A DNA stretch of 63,358 bases, counting the filler, from Olpidium bornovanus S191 (Eukaryota > Fungi > Olpidiomycota): assembly GCA_017911155.1 (NCBI GenBank). It is 29 parts of 29 records of this genome, joined end to end, with 100 filler letters (N's around TTAATTAATTAA, not from the genome) between each part and the next. Parts side by side here need not be neighbours in the genome. Positions count along the whole stretch, not along the records: positions 7,377 to 10,431 come from JAEFCI010006183.1; positions 10,532 to 13,851 come from JAEFCI010003938.1; positions 13,952 to 14,966 come from JAEFCI010006364.1; positions 15,067 to 16,372 come from JAEFCI010005861.1; positions 16,473 to 18,417 come from JAEFCI010010782.1; positions 18,518 to 20,459 come from JAEFCI010003527.1; 23 more parts are not named here. The stretch is one strand, 5' to 3'. The notes below the pieces were generated by a model, which ran no database searches, was not told the DNA's origin, and was given only the letters and a program-made list of their open reading frames with translations. The position numbers and the translations under genes are program-made. Numbering within the stretch: the stretch's first letter is position 1; each line of letters begins with the position of its first letter. Positions 10,301 through 19,260 of the stretch are shown in pieces.

Positions 10301-10381
10301 AGTTGTCCCACGCATGTGAACTTGAAAGGTGGGTGCAATTTCGGTTTTGTCCTCGCTTGGTTTTATGGCAGAAGGCTTTGA
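7379..10381 (+). CDS. Very long (~1000-codon) low-complexity exon of an unknown protein; both ends likely incomplete
   Basis: No stop from the contig start (IPREGSDPSALS...) to 10381. The product is S/A/P/E-rich with internal repeats. A probable splice donor lies at about 10329 (AAAG|GTGGGT). Confidence 0.7.
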   Translation: MPREGSDPSALSASRDSENGTDTSEQRQILLSKDQPDGPCIHRDEYEAICTPSVPTNESQQPPCTEAAREPAGQVQDSDVLSLPDVSAVLPPATESSESDFLSQSRKDDEPWAPSQRIEFRQTSIMQAPESLPPAVFPRESERMKDTPSGEAPMQQPKEALKQPFSHVPVLGRTTTEITALRASEGPSRMSLQKPIGETDVRSITASLSPEHASSEYDVRGRSVGQEQPETLADVVAAVGESDGQAKGTSDTRSVERVSTLENVVAAVGDLDGQAKEKSDVRSIKRVFIASYRDNCEPDANVQRLAAVNTREIYAGGVYSEKGKGDLVHLPELALLSRHDDDKQMAAAASRSEAADVLSCKADKKPTEDTSLGWHCRTASDADTAIEDPIEAKNTGAYASVDTLPIPLEPADALPAECRGKSYVLDLAVDGKAISSSSLDVSVATSIPVHRSETVEGSKPGNDDPSAVHTEPPAKSISVYCTGIAEDVRAGNNGQSAGHAELPANSIPVYCAEMIAESDKVGNKGQPAANTEQPAKSIPVCRTEIAEGDRVYHAEIAEGNRAGNDGWSAFHIDGPSKSILVDRAEIPEGDKSRNDALSAVHTERPAKSMSVYRTEIAECDKAVDNGRSAVLTELPSKSFPFYSSIIAEGDKAGNDDLSSRNPERPADEEANLDHGNKKCRAISTGPSACDLAKGDGKIALPSYPSISGSAAPRVSNLPIRRLAERSTPIRTDGWDGKKLADGFDHHFPTKSLPCSDASILKRPYTPARQPKTVTFQVTEDAATGRLEGGEDAENCRLEAQATVKETGAHSQPLPVHSAAKNWEGARYQTLPAQSSAYNWESTSSHASGDALSRFQPLGTKIPSLSASISSQTRLPRGGFAKPGRGQSAADGISSNLPLPNIGLLANAGDAMARPGVVRPVESVCDSKKPRTEILELSEEPAVSPLSFSSPSPWDDERNLRRAVLTQGDPEAVFGSCPTHVNLKGGCNFGFVLAWFYGRRL
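8741..9380 (+). repeat. Coding minisatellite, ~90-bp (30-aa) unit, about 7 copies plus one short unit
   Basis: Units start at 8741, 8831, 8924, 9014, 9047, 9137, 9227 and 9317. Consensus is roughly AEGDKAGNDGxSAVHTExPAKSIPVYRTEI. Confidence 0.92.
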
Positions 10382-10531
10382 GATTCCTTACGGCGCCCGG
10401 TGTCCTCGTCTCGTGGGTGGGGGTTAGAAATNNNNNNNNNNNNNNNNNNNNNNNNNNNNNNNNNNNNNNNNNNNNTTAATTAATTAANNNNNNNNNNNNN
10501 NNNNNNNNNNNNNNNNNNNNNNNNNNNNNNN

Positions 10532-11470
10532 AGCTGTCGAGGATCCAGTGACTGTTCCCTGTTCCTTCGACGCACTTGTTTGCGAGAAGCACCATGGCGT
10601 GTTCCTCGCTATCCGCCTCCCCACGGGCCATGTGCATCCTCGCGTTGTTGCTACCTGGGTGCCATTTTCCTCGCCAAGCTTCAGGACGCCGCCGCCGCCG
10701 CGGGCAGACCGTCGCTATGTGGCAGGCCTCGCGGCATTCGTAACATCGCCTGGAGTCCTTCGCTTCTGCTGACGGCGGTGCCCTGGGCGGCAGGGGTGGT
10801 CGTGCCCGAGCCACAAGAGCACCTCCGTCCTCGTAGCTTGCGGCCGTCACTGACCGTCTCCTCGAGTCTGCTTCCCACAGGGCCGTCACCGTTTCTCCCA
10901 ATGATGGCGTCACCCACTCATCACGTTTGTCGTCATAGTAGACGCGACTCGATAACCTGTCAACCGCCGCTCGGAGCAGATGGAGGCTACCCATCATTAG
11001 AAGGTCGCGCGTCTCGTCTTCCCAGTCGCGCACATTTTTCTCTCCCATGTCCAGGAGGCGTGCGACTTGATCCTTCAGCCTCACAAGAAAATGGTCAAAA
11101 GTCTCCGTATCCTCCATACGTGTGCTGTACAGAGCGACCTTTGCCTCCACTCGCGCTGTGGTACGCGGTGACTCGAAGTGCGCTTGCAATGATGCCCACG
11201 CTTCTCTCGCTGTTTCTTTGCCCTTCATCAGGTGTTTTGTAGAGGTCAGAGATATGCAGGAAAAGCTCGCCATACGCCTCTCCGTTCGACCGGTTCCAGT
11301 CACGTAGCTGGCTCGGTGTTCCATGAGTGAGGCATTCGTCTTCAACAGTCACGACATCCCACAGACCACAGCGGAGGAGCACGGCGCGCATGTTCTCCTT
11401 CCAGGACGTCCAATTGTTCTCGGTGAGCGGGGGAATCACCAAGCACTTGCCGGCAGCCCCACTCTCTTCG
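10532..11470 (-). pseudogene. Frameshifted Copia gag-protease
   Basis: The frame changes at a 4-nt A run (plus-strand T 11235-11238) between ...HISDLYK and HLMKGKETAREAW. No clear ATG. Confidence 0.8.
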
Positions 11471-11546
11471 TGAAGAACAGCGGGGGCAGAACGGGCTTGG
11501 CGGAGGCTTGTCTTGCGCTCCTTCTGTTCTCCTTCTGCGAGCGCGA

Positions 11547-11810
11547 CGGCGCCAACGGATGGCGGCGGCTCGACTCGGCCCTCAGCGGCGGCGCCAACGG
11601 ATGGCGCGCGGCTCGACTCGATCCTCAACGGCGGCGCCAACGGATGGCGCGCATCTTCTCTTTTTGCTCTCCTGCGCACGCGACGGCGCCAACGGATTGC
11701 GTGCGGCTCGACTTGGCCCTCGGCGACGGCGCCAACGGATGGCGCGCGGCTCCCCCTCTGCGGGCTCCTCCCCTCCTTCTGCGCGGTAGCGGCGCCAACG
11801 GATGGCGCGC
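11547..11810. repeat. Six copies of core CGGCGCCAACGGAT(G/T)GCG with variable spacers in the retrotransposon leader
   Basis: Cores start at 11547, 11589, 11632, 11684, 11727 and 11790 (spacings 42, 43, 52, 43, 63). Confidence 0.92.
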
Positions 11811-11884
11811 GGGGACTTTTCGTTGCCGACAGACGGCAAGGCACCTCTTCGTTCGTGACCGGGGCAGGTCAGGGCAGTCCCTTT

Positions 11885-11896
11885 GGGCTCATAACC
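11885..11896 (-). promoter_or_regulatory. Primer-binding site GGTTATGAGCCC (Ty5/copia type, internal tRNA-iMet priming)
   Basis: The minus strand reads ...CTACAACA|GGTTATGAGCCC directly after the LTR-terminal CA. This matches the PBS type of yeast Ty5 and Drosophila copia. Confidence 0.85.
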
Positions 11897-12021
11897 TGTT
11901 GTAGAACCGCGTTGTTTTATTGTGGACGAGAGAGGGGGAAGGGGGAAAGGAAAAGTGGCGGAGAGTGGCGGAGAGGTACAGTTCAACTATTGGGTGAACT
12001 ACAGGGCAACGCAACACAACA
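11897..12021 (-). repeat. Candidate 5' LTR (~125 bp)
   Basis: TGTTG...CAACA terminal inverted repeats, AATAAA on the element strand (plus-strand TTTTATT near 11916-11922), and direct contact with the PBS. The distal boundary could be 12016 instead. The second LTR is not on this contig. Confidence 0.6.
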
Positions 12022-12274
12022 TTTTTTAGGTGAAGGCTTTCAAAATCGATTACACACTTGTTGCTAAGGTGCAGAAAGCACCTCGCACAGCTGGTGATTG
12101 CGATGCAGAAAGTGTCGACGCCGTTCCGGTGAACTGTGTGTTTGCCAAGGGTTGACCCAGTGACCGAAGGTCTGTTGGCACACGTGGAGCTTAACGATTT
12201 TGTCTCAGGTTGCTTGTCCCTCTGGGTCTGTACTTTTTATTGGCCAAATTTTGGCCGGATTTTTGTATTTTTTT

Positions 12275-12588
<314 letters not shown>

Positions 12589-13551
12589 TGGGGTCCGCGA
12601 AACCAAACTCCAACGGTGAGGGCATGTAGCGGGCGGGGAAAATGTTGTCCCGCGAAAGAGACCCTCTCGAGCCAGACCCCGGGTTTGCGTACTGTGGACA
12701 GGTCAGGTCAAGTTGCACTTGGCAGGTTACGGCCAAGTCCTTTGGTCAAAGGAGTTCGTAAAGCACGAAGTATTGTATTCAAGTCGGTTACGTGTAAGAC
12801 GAATAAGTAAAGTACAGCAGAGGCGAGAGGGAGAGGCGCTATTTGTATGGCTGCACGCGTCGTCTGGCGTGCGGCACCGCTACGCTTGTCAACATAGTTC
12901 ACGCGGACCTTATTGGTCGGTCGCGCGGGTGCCGCTCTCTTCTCCTCTATGGGGTTGTGCCGCGCGGGTCGTCGCGCGGTCTGCTCCCATGGTTGCTGGT
13001 TGGTCCCCTTCGTCTCGCTTGTCCTCGCTCTCTGCCGCGCGGGGTCCGTTGCGGAGTGCGTTGGCGGACGGCCTGTGCACGTGGGACTCCGGGGGGACGC
13101 GGAGAATTATGGCAGGGGGTTTGGTTCGGGTTGTGTGGAGACCCCCTCTGGCGGGTGGCGTCCCAGAGCGTAACCCGAGGTGCGCGCATCACAGTTTGGG
13201 AGCCGCAAACACAGCTGGACCAGGTGCCACCTGCGTGTTGGGCACTCGACGGTGTGGCGCCGTGGCATACCTCATAATATACAAATATGACATCGATAAT
13301 TACTACCACGGGTGTGTGTCGATTGGCCGCAGGCAGCGCGCACTCGTTACACGCCTCCGGGGAATGCCACGCCGGCTGACAACACACTGGGACGTTCCAC
13401 ACCCTTCAACAACTCTGTTGAATACAATACGAAGCGCCGTTCCCCCTTTCCTCGCTTCCCTCGTGGAGCGCATCATCCGCTCTGCCAAACCAATCCGCTG
13501 TCCAAATGAAAAAATAACAGCCTCAATAAAATAATCTGCAGCGAAACAAAG

Positions 13552-13851
13552 TCAAGCCTTGGGCAACGTCCCGGAGACTTTCTGCGCGTCCTCGATCACG
13601 GCCGTCAGCTTCTTCTTCGACTTGGCCAGAGCCTGCACCACGTTCACCAAGTTTGTCAGCTGTTTTGGGGTGTACTCCTACGGTGGCGGAGGGATTGGTA
13701 AATTTCGGAGGGGGATGGTGAGGGGACAATACCAGTGCAACTGATTCCAAAACCCGAATATGCATTTTCAGAAGTTCACCTTGTGGGCTCGAAACCAGGC
13801 TTCCGCATCGGCTTCCGTGAGGTAGTATGCGTTAATATATGTCTGGGCATG
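13552..13851 (-). CDS. VPS50: VPS50/syndetin (EARP subunit), last two exons 13851-13780 and 13677-13552; 5'-truncated
   Basis: The spliced product [57 protein letters not shown] closely matches the recalled metazoan VPS50 C-terminus ([33 protein letters not shown]). The intron is GT-AG, phase 0. Confidence 0.88.
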
Positions 13852-15066
13852 NNNNNNNNNNNNNNNNNNNNNNNNNNNNNNNNNNNNNNNNNNNNTTAAT
13901 TAATTAANNNNNNNNNNNNNNNNNNNNNNNNNNNNNNNNNNNNNNNNNNNNCATGGGATTCTTTGTCCAACGTGGTAGCGTGGTACTAAACGCCCGCTGC
14001 CTCACGTGGTAGACTAGTTGGCGTGAGGAATGGGCTGCTCGTCAGTTCAGTTCTGAGGTTGTTGTCCAGGGCTTTGTCGGCGTATTGCTCGACACTTACG
14101 TCGAAGCACGCACAGCTGAACGGGCAGACGCAGCTCTGCGTCCTCGATTTTGTTGAGCGTGACGGATGGGGAGGGATGGGGTGATCGTCGCTTCCTTACC
14201 CGTCGCCGATGTCACGGCAGCCCCGGTCGAGTAGGCCCCAGGGAAGCCGACACGCTCTTCGTCGTCGGTCCCCGCCGTTCACCCCGCCGCTACAGTGCCT
14301 GTTGACGGGCAATTCCAAAGCCGCGCTCCCCATTTTACTGTTCGTGCGCGCGGCCTCTCATCGACGCCGCCCGCGCCGAGTTTATTTTGCGTTCCGTGCG
14401 CGTGGTTTGTTTTCGGGGCCGATCGCCGGGTCTAGCCGGGTCGGCTCCCCCGACCACGCGCTATTCACGCTAGGGCCCCAATCGACGAAAGGCAATTTTG
14501 ACGCGCAGAACGTCCCCCGCAAGCGGGCTCCTCGGTAGTTTGCACCTCGTATCATAGCACGACGAGCGCCGACAACCTCTTCCCGGGCAGCGTCTCAGGC
14601 GCGCGTAAGAAGATCCGCGTCGGAAAACGACGTCGCTCTCGAAGCAAGCCCGAAGGGCCGCGCAAAAGATTTATTTCTCGGCGGGCACGCGCGCGACCGC
14701 GGATGACGTCTACGACGTGCCAGGGATAACCGCGAATCTCTTGCCTCGTTGGGCCCGTCTCGCGGTGTGCGGGAGAGAAAAAGGAAAAAAAAAAACGTTT
14801 CGAAATGATTCGGTCCGCGCATTTGTTCGTTTATTCGGGCACAGGCATGACCTCACTTTGTTTCGGAACCACGCGAACGGCAGCATTGGCTGCTGAAACC
14901 ATCGCACCAGCCGCCTCGTCGGGGCGGCCGTCAGCCGGTCCGTCCACCCAATCGTCACTCGTCACANNNNNNNNNNNNNNNNNNNNNNNNNNNNNNNNNN
15001 NNNNNNNNNNTTAATTAATTAANNNNNNNNNNNNNNNNNNNNNNNNNNNNNNNNNNNNNNNNNNNN

Positions 15067-15340
15067 CGGCCTGATGCTGTTCGGCGCGATCCCGGTCCCT
15101 CCGGGGTCCCAAACCGTGGTGTTCACGCTGCAGATGTCCGTGAACGCGGGATCGACCATCTGGCCGATGATCGCCGTCCAGTGCATGAAGCGCCTGCGGC
15201 ACTGGAGCACCACCGGCGGCGATCTCAGTGACTTGGAGCGCACCACCATCGGGACGGGAGACGCTGCGAGCAAAATGAAGCTGACCGCGAACCAGGCGGC
15301 GACGAGCGGCGGTAATTTGCGTGTTGTTAGAACCGGATAG
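15067..15340 (+). CDS. Possible terminal coding exon of an unknown gene
   Basis: The frame is open from the contig start: LMLFGAIPVPPGSQTVVFTLQMSVNAGSTIWPMIAVQCMKRLRHW. Codon use looks coding; no family recognised. Confidence 0.35.
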
Positions 15341-16571
15341 GTGGTGTAATTTGCGTGTTGCTAAGACCGGATAGGTGGTGTAGGTCCGTAAAAAAAAATC
15401 AAAAAAATCCTACTACACTCGGCCAGGAAAGGTTATCATTTTTTTTTTTCGGCACGACCAGGGACACGCCCCGCCCCCATTGCTACGGGCATCGCGCGCG
15501 GTGGGCAGGAGGAGAACTCCTCTGCTCCTTCGTGATCATGCTCTTGCTCCTCCAGTCATCTGCCGTTCGTATGCCGGGTTTGGCATTGGGCTCCTCTTGC
15601 AGGACCACGTAACCTTTCAGAATGTCAGAGAACAGACATCTGGCACTCCTGGTGGAGTTACGCGCCTGCTGCAGGTTTCCTCCGTCTGAGTTGTGCTTGT
15701 TTTTGCACTCGGCCCGGTGTGCCCAACACGAGCCGGGCTTTGTGTACTTTACTTGACCGGCCATGCGATGCCGTGCAGCCTTCTGCCGACGCACGCAACC
15801 AGAACCGCAGCTTCTGCTGCCTCCAGCGAAAGTAAAAGCGCGGTGTCTTCGGGGGTGTGGCACAAGCAAAATTCGCCAGCTTCCCTGTTTGGTTCTGTGC
15901 TGAAGAGTGCGATGGCGTCGCAACCAGGGTCGGCGCCGGAGGGGAAGCGGGGAAGTCAGTTAGGGTTAGGGTAAGGGTTGAAAGGACAACCTGCGCGAAG
16001 GATCGGTGAGGCGGCGGGGCGGCTCTCCCCCGCGCGTGTGCGGCGGCGGTCCCCGTGCGCGACGACCAACGGCTCTCTCTGCGAACGGCTCGCCGCGGTG
16101 TGCCGCCGTCAGCTCTCTCTCTCTCGCTCTCTCTCTGTTGCGCGGCTGTCGGCTCTCTCCGTGGGAAGTCGGCAAAGGGGAATGTGCGGGGCTAACCGGC
16201 CCGCCTCCGCCGTTCATGCTCCTAACAGCGAAACGGAACGCGGCAAACTCTCACTTCCTTCTGCCCCTGCCGTTCCTGCCCCGCGAAGCGCCGGCTGTCG
16301 AGAGAATAATAGCACACGCCAAACACGCGTTCTTCCAAACGGGATTTCCGGGGGGGGGGGGGGGGGGGGGAANNNNNNNNNNNNNNNNNNNNNNNNNNNN
16401 NNNNNNNNNNNNNNNNTTAATTAATTAANNNNNNNNNNNNNNNNNNNNNNNNNNNNNNNNNNNNNNNNNNNNAATTAAAAAAACCAAAACGGAGGCCCGC
16501 GCGATCCAGTAACACACGTTGCGTGGCGCAGCCCGCCATTTTCGTGAACGCCGAAGCTTGATTCCCGCAGC

Positions 16572-18000
16572 TCATTGGGTTGGGGTTGGCATGGGCGGAG
16601 GCTTGAAAGTGGATATTTTGCAAGGATGTACCAGTCGACTCCGAGGAATAGTAGGCGGGTGCGTGATGACGATGGCCCGCAGTGCCCAAGTAGGCCACAT
16701 TCCTGGTGTCATGAGCGACGGAGTCTGCAGGCAAATGCCGCCAATGTGAGCGCGCCAGAATGACGATTCACAGGCAAAATTACGTTTATGCAGCGGCTCA
16801 TCCGAGCCATCCTGGTTCTCGGGGGCCGCACCCTGTCCCGTCCTCCCGAACATTGTCGGTCGCGGATAAGTTGTAGGCCTGGGGGATTGCGGGGTCATCA
16901 TGGGCGTCAGCGGGCCGTTCATTCCAGGTTGTGCGTTGAGATCGCTGGCGCAGGACGCCAATCCGTTGACCAGATGGGAGCCCCCGGAGGCGGCCGCTGC
17001 GGCAACCATGGTCTTCTTCCGGAGACGATCGTACAGTTCTTGAAGTTTCACATACTGGCGGTCCTTCTCTGCGTACTGGCGAATGCCATTAGGAAACAAG
17101 GAAAACACAACGCGACGCAATGAAAACCAAAAAAAATGAAAGGAAACGAAGTCGGCCACCCCCCTTCCCGCCAAAAAAGTGAACAAACCAAGTAAAGGGA
17201 TGAATTTGACCAAGAGAGGCATACAAATACCTGTTCCATCATGTCCTGGTTGCGATTCCTCTGCTCCGCGAGGTTGCTCTGCAGAGCATTAATCTTTTCG
17301 CACAGGACTGTACTCAAAACATCACCAAAATCTAAAGGCAAGCCGGGTTGGTCGGACAAGCCCAAAACAACGCAGGGGCACACTCACGGCCGACCTGCGT
17401 CTGCGCGTCGTTGACGACACCCTTGAGCTGGACTTCGAGACGCTGTATCCTCTCTCTGAGGTCCTGCTGTATCATTTTCTGGTACAGGCTCTCCTGGACG
17501 CCCTGGTAGGACCAGAAGCTGACGCCGCGGCGCGCAATGTCGAGGATTGTTTCGGGCGAGAGGCCCGCCAGAGCGGAGGCCTTGAAGTCCTCCGGCGGGG
17601 CGAGGTCGGTCAGTACGATGTCATGTCTTTTTTTTTTTATGCGCCGGGAAAGAACGGTCTTGCAAGTCAGGCTGGAACGGAGACGTTCCGCTGGAGGTAG
17701 ACCAGGCGCGGGAGCCACTCAACGGGTTGTTCAGCTGCGTATTGCATGCGGGGCACACCGGCTGTGCGGAGAAGGCGGATTCTGCACAATCCTCGCAGAA
17801 GACGTCTGCCGGCACGCGCGGGAAGGGGGCAGATGAGGATTCGCGCGTCGTTGCGTTAACCTTGTCGGTTGTCTCACGTCCACACGCAGACGAACGAGTG
17901 ACAACTCACGACTACAGTTGGTGACGCAGGCGCGCCCGGCAGTTTGCAGCTGCTTCCTGCACTGGAGGTTGTTGCAGAAGAGGACGTCGCCTTGCTCCAT
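16572..18000 (-). CDS. HEI10: HEI10/CCNB1IP1 meiotic RING E3 ligase; exons 18000-17910, 17805-17724, 17626-17388, 17307-17231, 17075-(16572)
   Basis: The spliced RING reads MEQGDVLFCNNLQCRKQLQTAGRACVTNCSHVFCEDCAESAFSAQPVCPACNTQLNNPHDIV. It is followed by the family motif DFKASALAGLSPETILDIARRGVSFWSYQ and a coiled coil. Phases are consistent for exons 1-5; the 3' end is uncertain. Confidence 0.9.
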
Positions 18001-19260
18001 GCGGTCGCCCTGCAGGAAATCTCCGAGTTCTGTGCGGTCCCAGCAAACCGGAGACGCGCGCCGCTTCCGCCCCACGGCCAAAACGTAAAATTCCCCGGAT
18101 CCGCCCGTTTCCCAAACTCTCCGCATTACGACAAATGCCACTGCTTCATACCGCCCACCTGGCGCGTGGATGAACCGCGCGAGAGCGGCTGTGCGCATCA
18201 TCGTGATACGTATCATCACGGTCGCCATCCGCCAAATGTCAGGAGACGCAAGGCTTTGGTGCCGGGGGAAGAGCACAAGGCACCAAAGTCATTGTTGCCC
18301 GTATGTGAAGCACAAAATGCGCATCCACGCAGGAGCATCCGGCACTGTACACACCGAGAATTGGCGGGCGACAGCTGTGCTGGAATGACCTTACCAATCT
18401 CGAGCTTACTATCCATGNNNNNNNNNNNNNNNNNNNNNNNNNNNNNNNNNNNNNNNNNNNNTTAATTAATTAANNNNNNNNNNNNNNNNNNNNNNNNNNN
18501 NNNNNNNNNNNNNNNNNCATGGCGTGACGCTACAGTCACGGGCGTGACGGCGAAAGCGAAAAAAGTTCATATAGACACTTACCTAACGGTTCGGGAATAA
18601 TATAAATACTGATGGAACGGCGTGTTGAACAAGAGCAGGGGCGTCCATAAGCGAAGTGACTGAGGTGTACTTTTGCGACATTTCCTTGCCAACCTTTTAT
18701 ATTTTACCGGCAGAAGAAGCCCTTTCTCCAAACCCATTTTTTCGTTACTGTGTCAAACGGATCAGCTAGTTTGGCGTCAGCGTGCCGTTACTGGCCTCCG
18801 CAAAGAGTCGGGAAAAGGAAATCCTCAAAAAGGTTGCTAGGTTATTATGATCATTGTATAGGATGCCTGTCCAGGTATGTGTGGATACGATAAGGGAGTG
18901 GGATTGTTAAATGTGAGCTGCGTATAATAGTAGATATAAAAATAAAAAAGGAAAAACGCGGGGTCCGGAGGCACACCACGCGTCTAGTGTCTGCAATTGA
19001 AACAGTAGGAAAGCGGCTGCCTGGATAACGACGATGGGACCACGGTGGGAGACGTCGCCAGCTTCGCGTCTGAGTGCTAAGTCGGGCGCCCTCATTCCTC
19101 CCGCCTCCGTCCCCGCGTCAGAAATGTGGGCCCGGCCCTATCAAACGTGAGGTCCAGATCACGATGCGTGTTCGCCCGGCGTGCATTAACACGATATAGG
19201 AAGGATGAGGAACGTTAGGTATACGAGTAAATGAGAGCTGTGTCAGAGAAATGCACGATT

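Larger units (their letters stand above)
10532..12021 (-). mobile_element. Ty1/Copia LTR retrotransposon 5' part: LTR, PBS, repeat-rich leader, gag, zinc knuckle, start of protease
   Basis: Gag reads IPPLTENNWTSWKENMRAVLLRCGLWDVV...AWASLQAHFE. The zinc knuckle is CYECREACHIATVC (CX2CX4HX4C), and the protease motif HWILDS sits at the contig edge. PBS and LTR lie upstream. Confidence 0.9.

Noticed and set aside
11547-11810. CRISPR array
   Set aside because: The core is only ~18 nt, spacers are unequal and partly homologous to each other, there are no cas genes, and the array lies between the PBS and gag of a eukaryotic retrotransposon.
15960-15979. Telomere or telomere-addition site (TTAGGGTTAGGGTAAGGG; also CCCTAA-like words near 59316-59337)
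   Set aside because: Only two perfect units, internal to the contig. This is too short to distinguish from chance.
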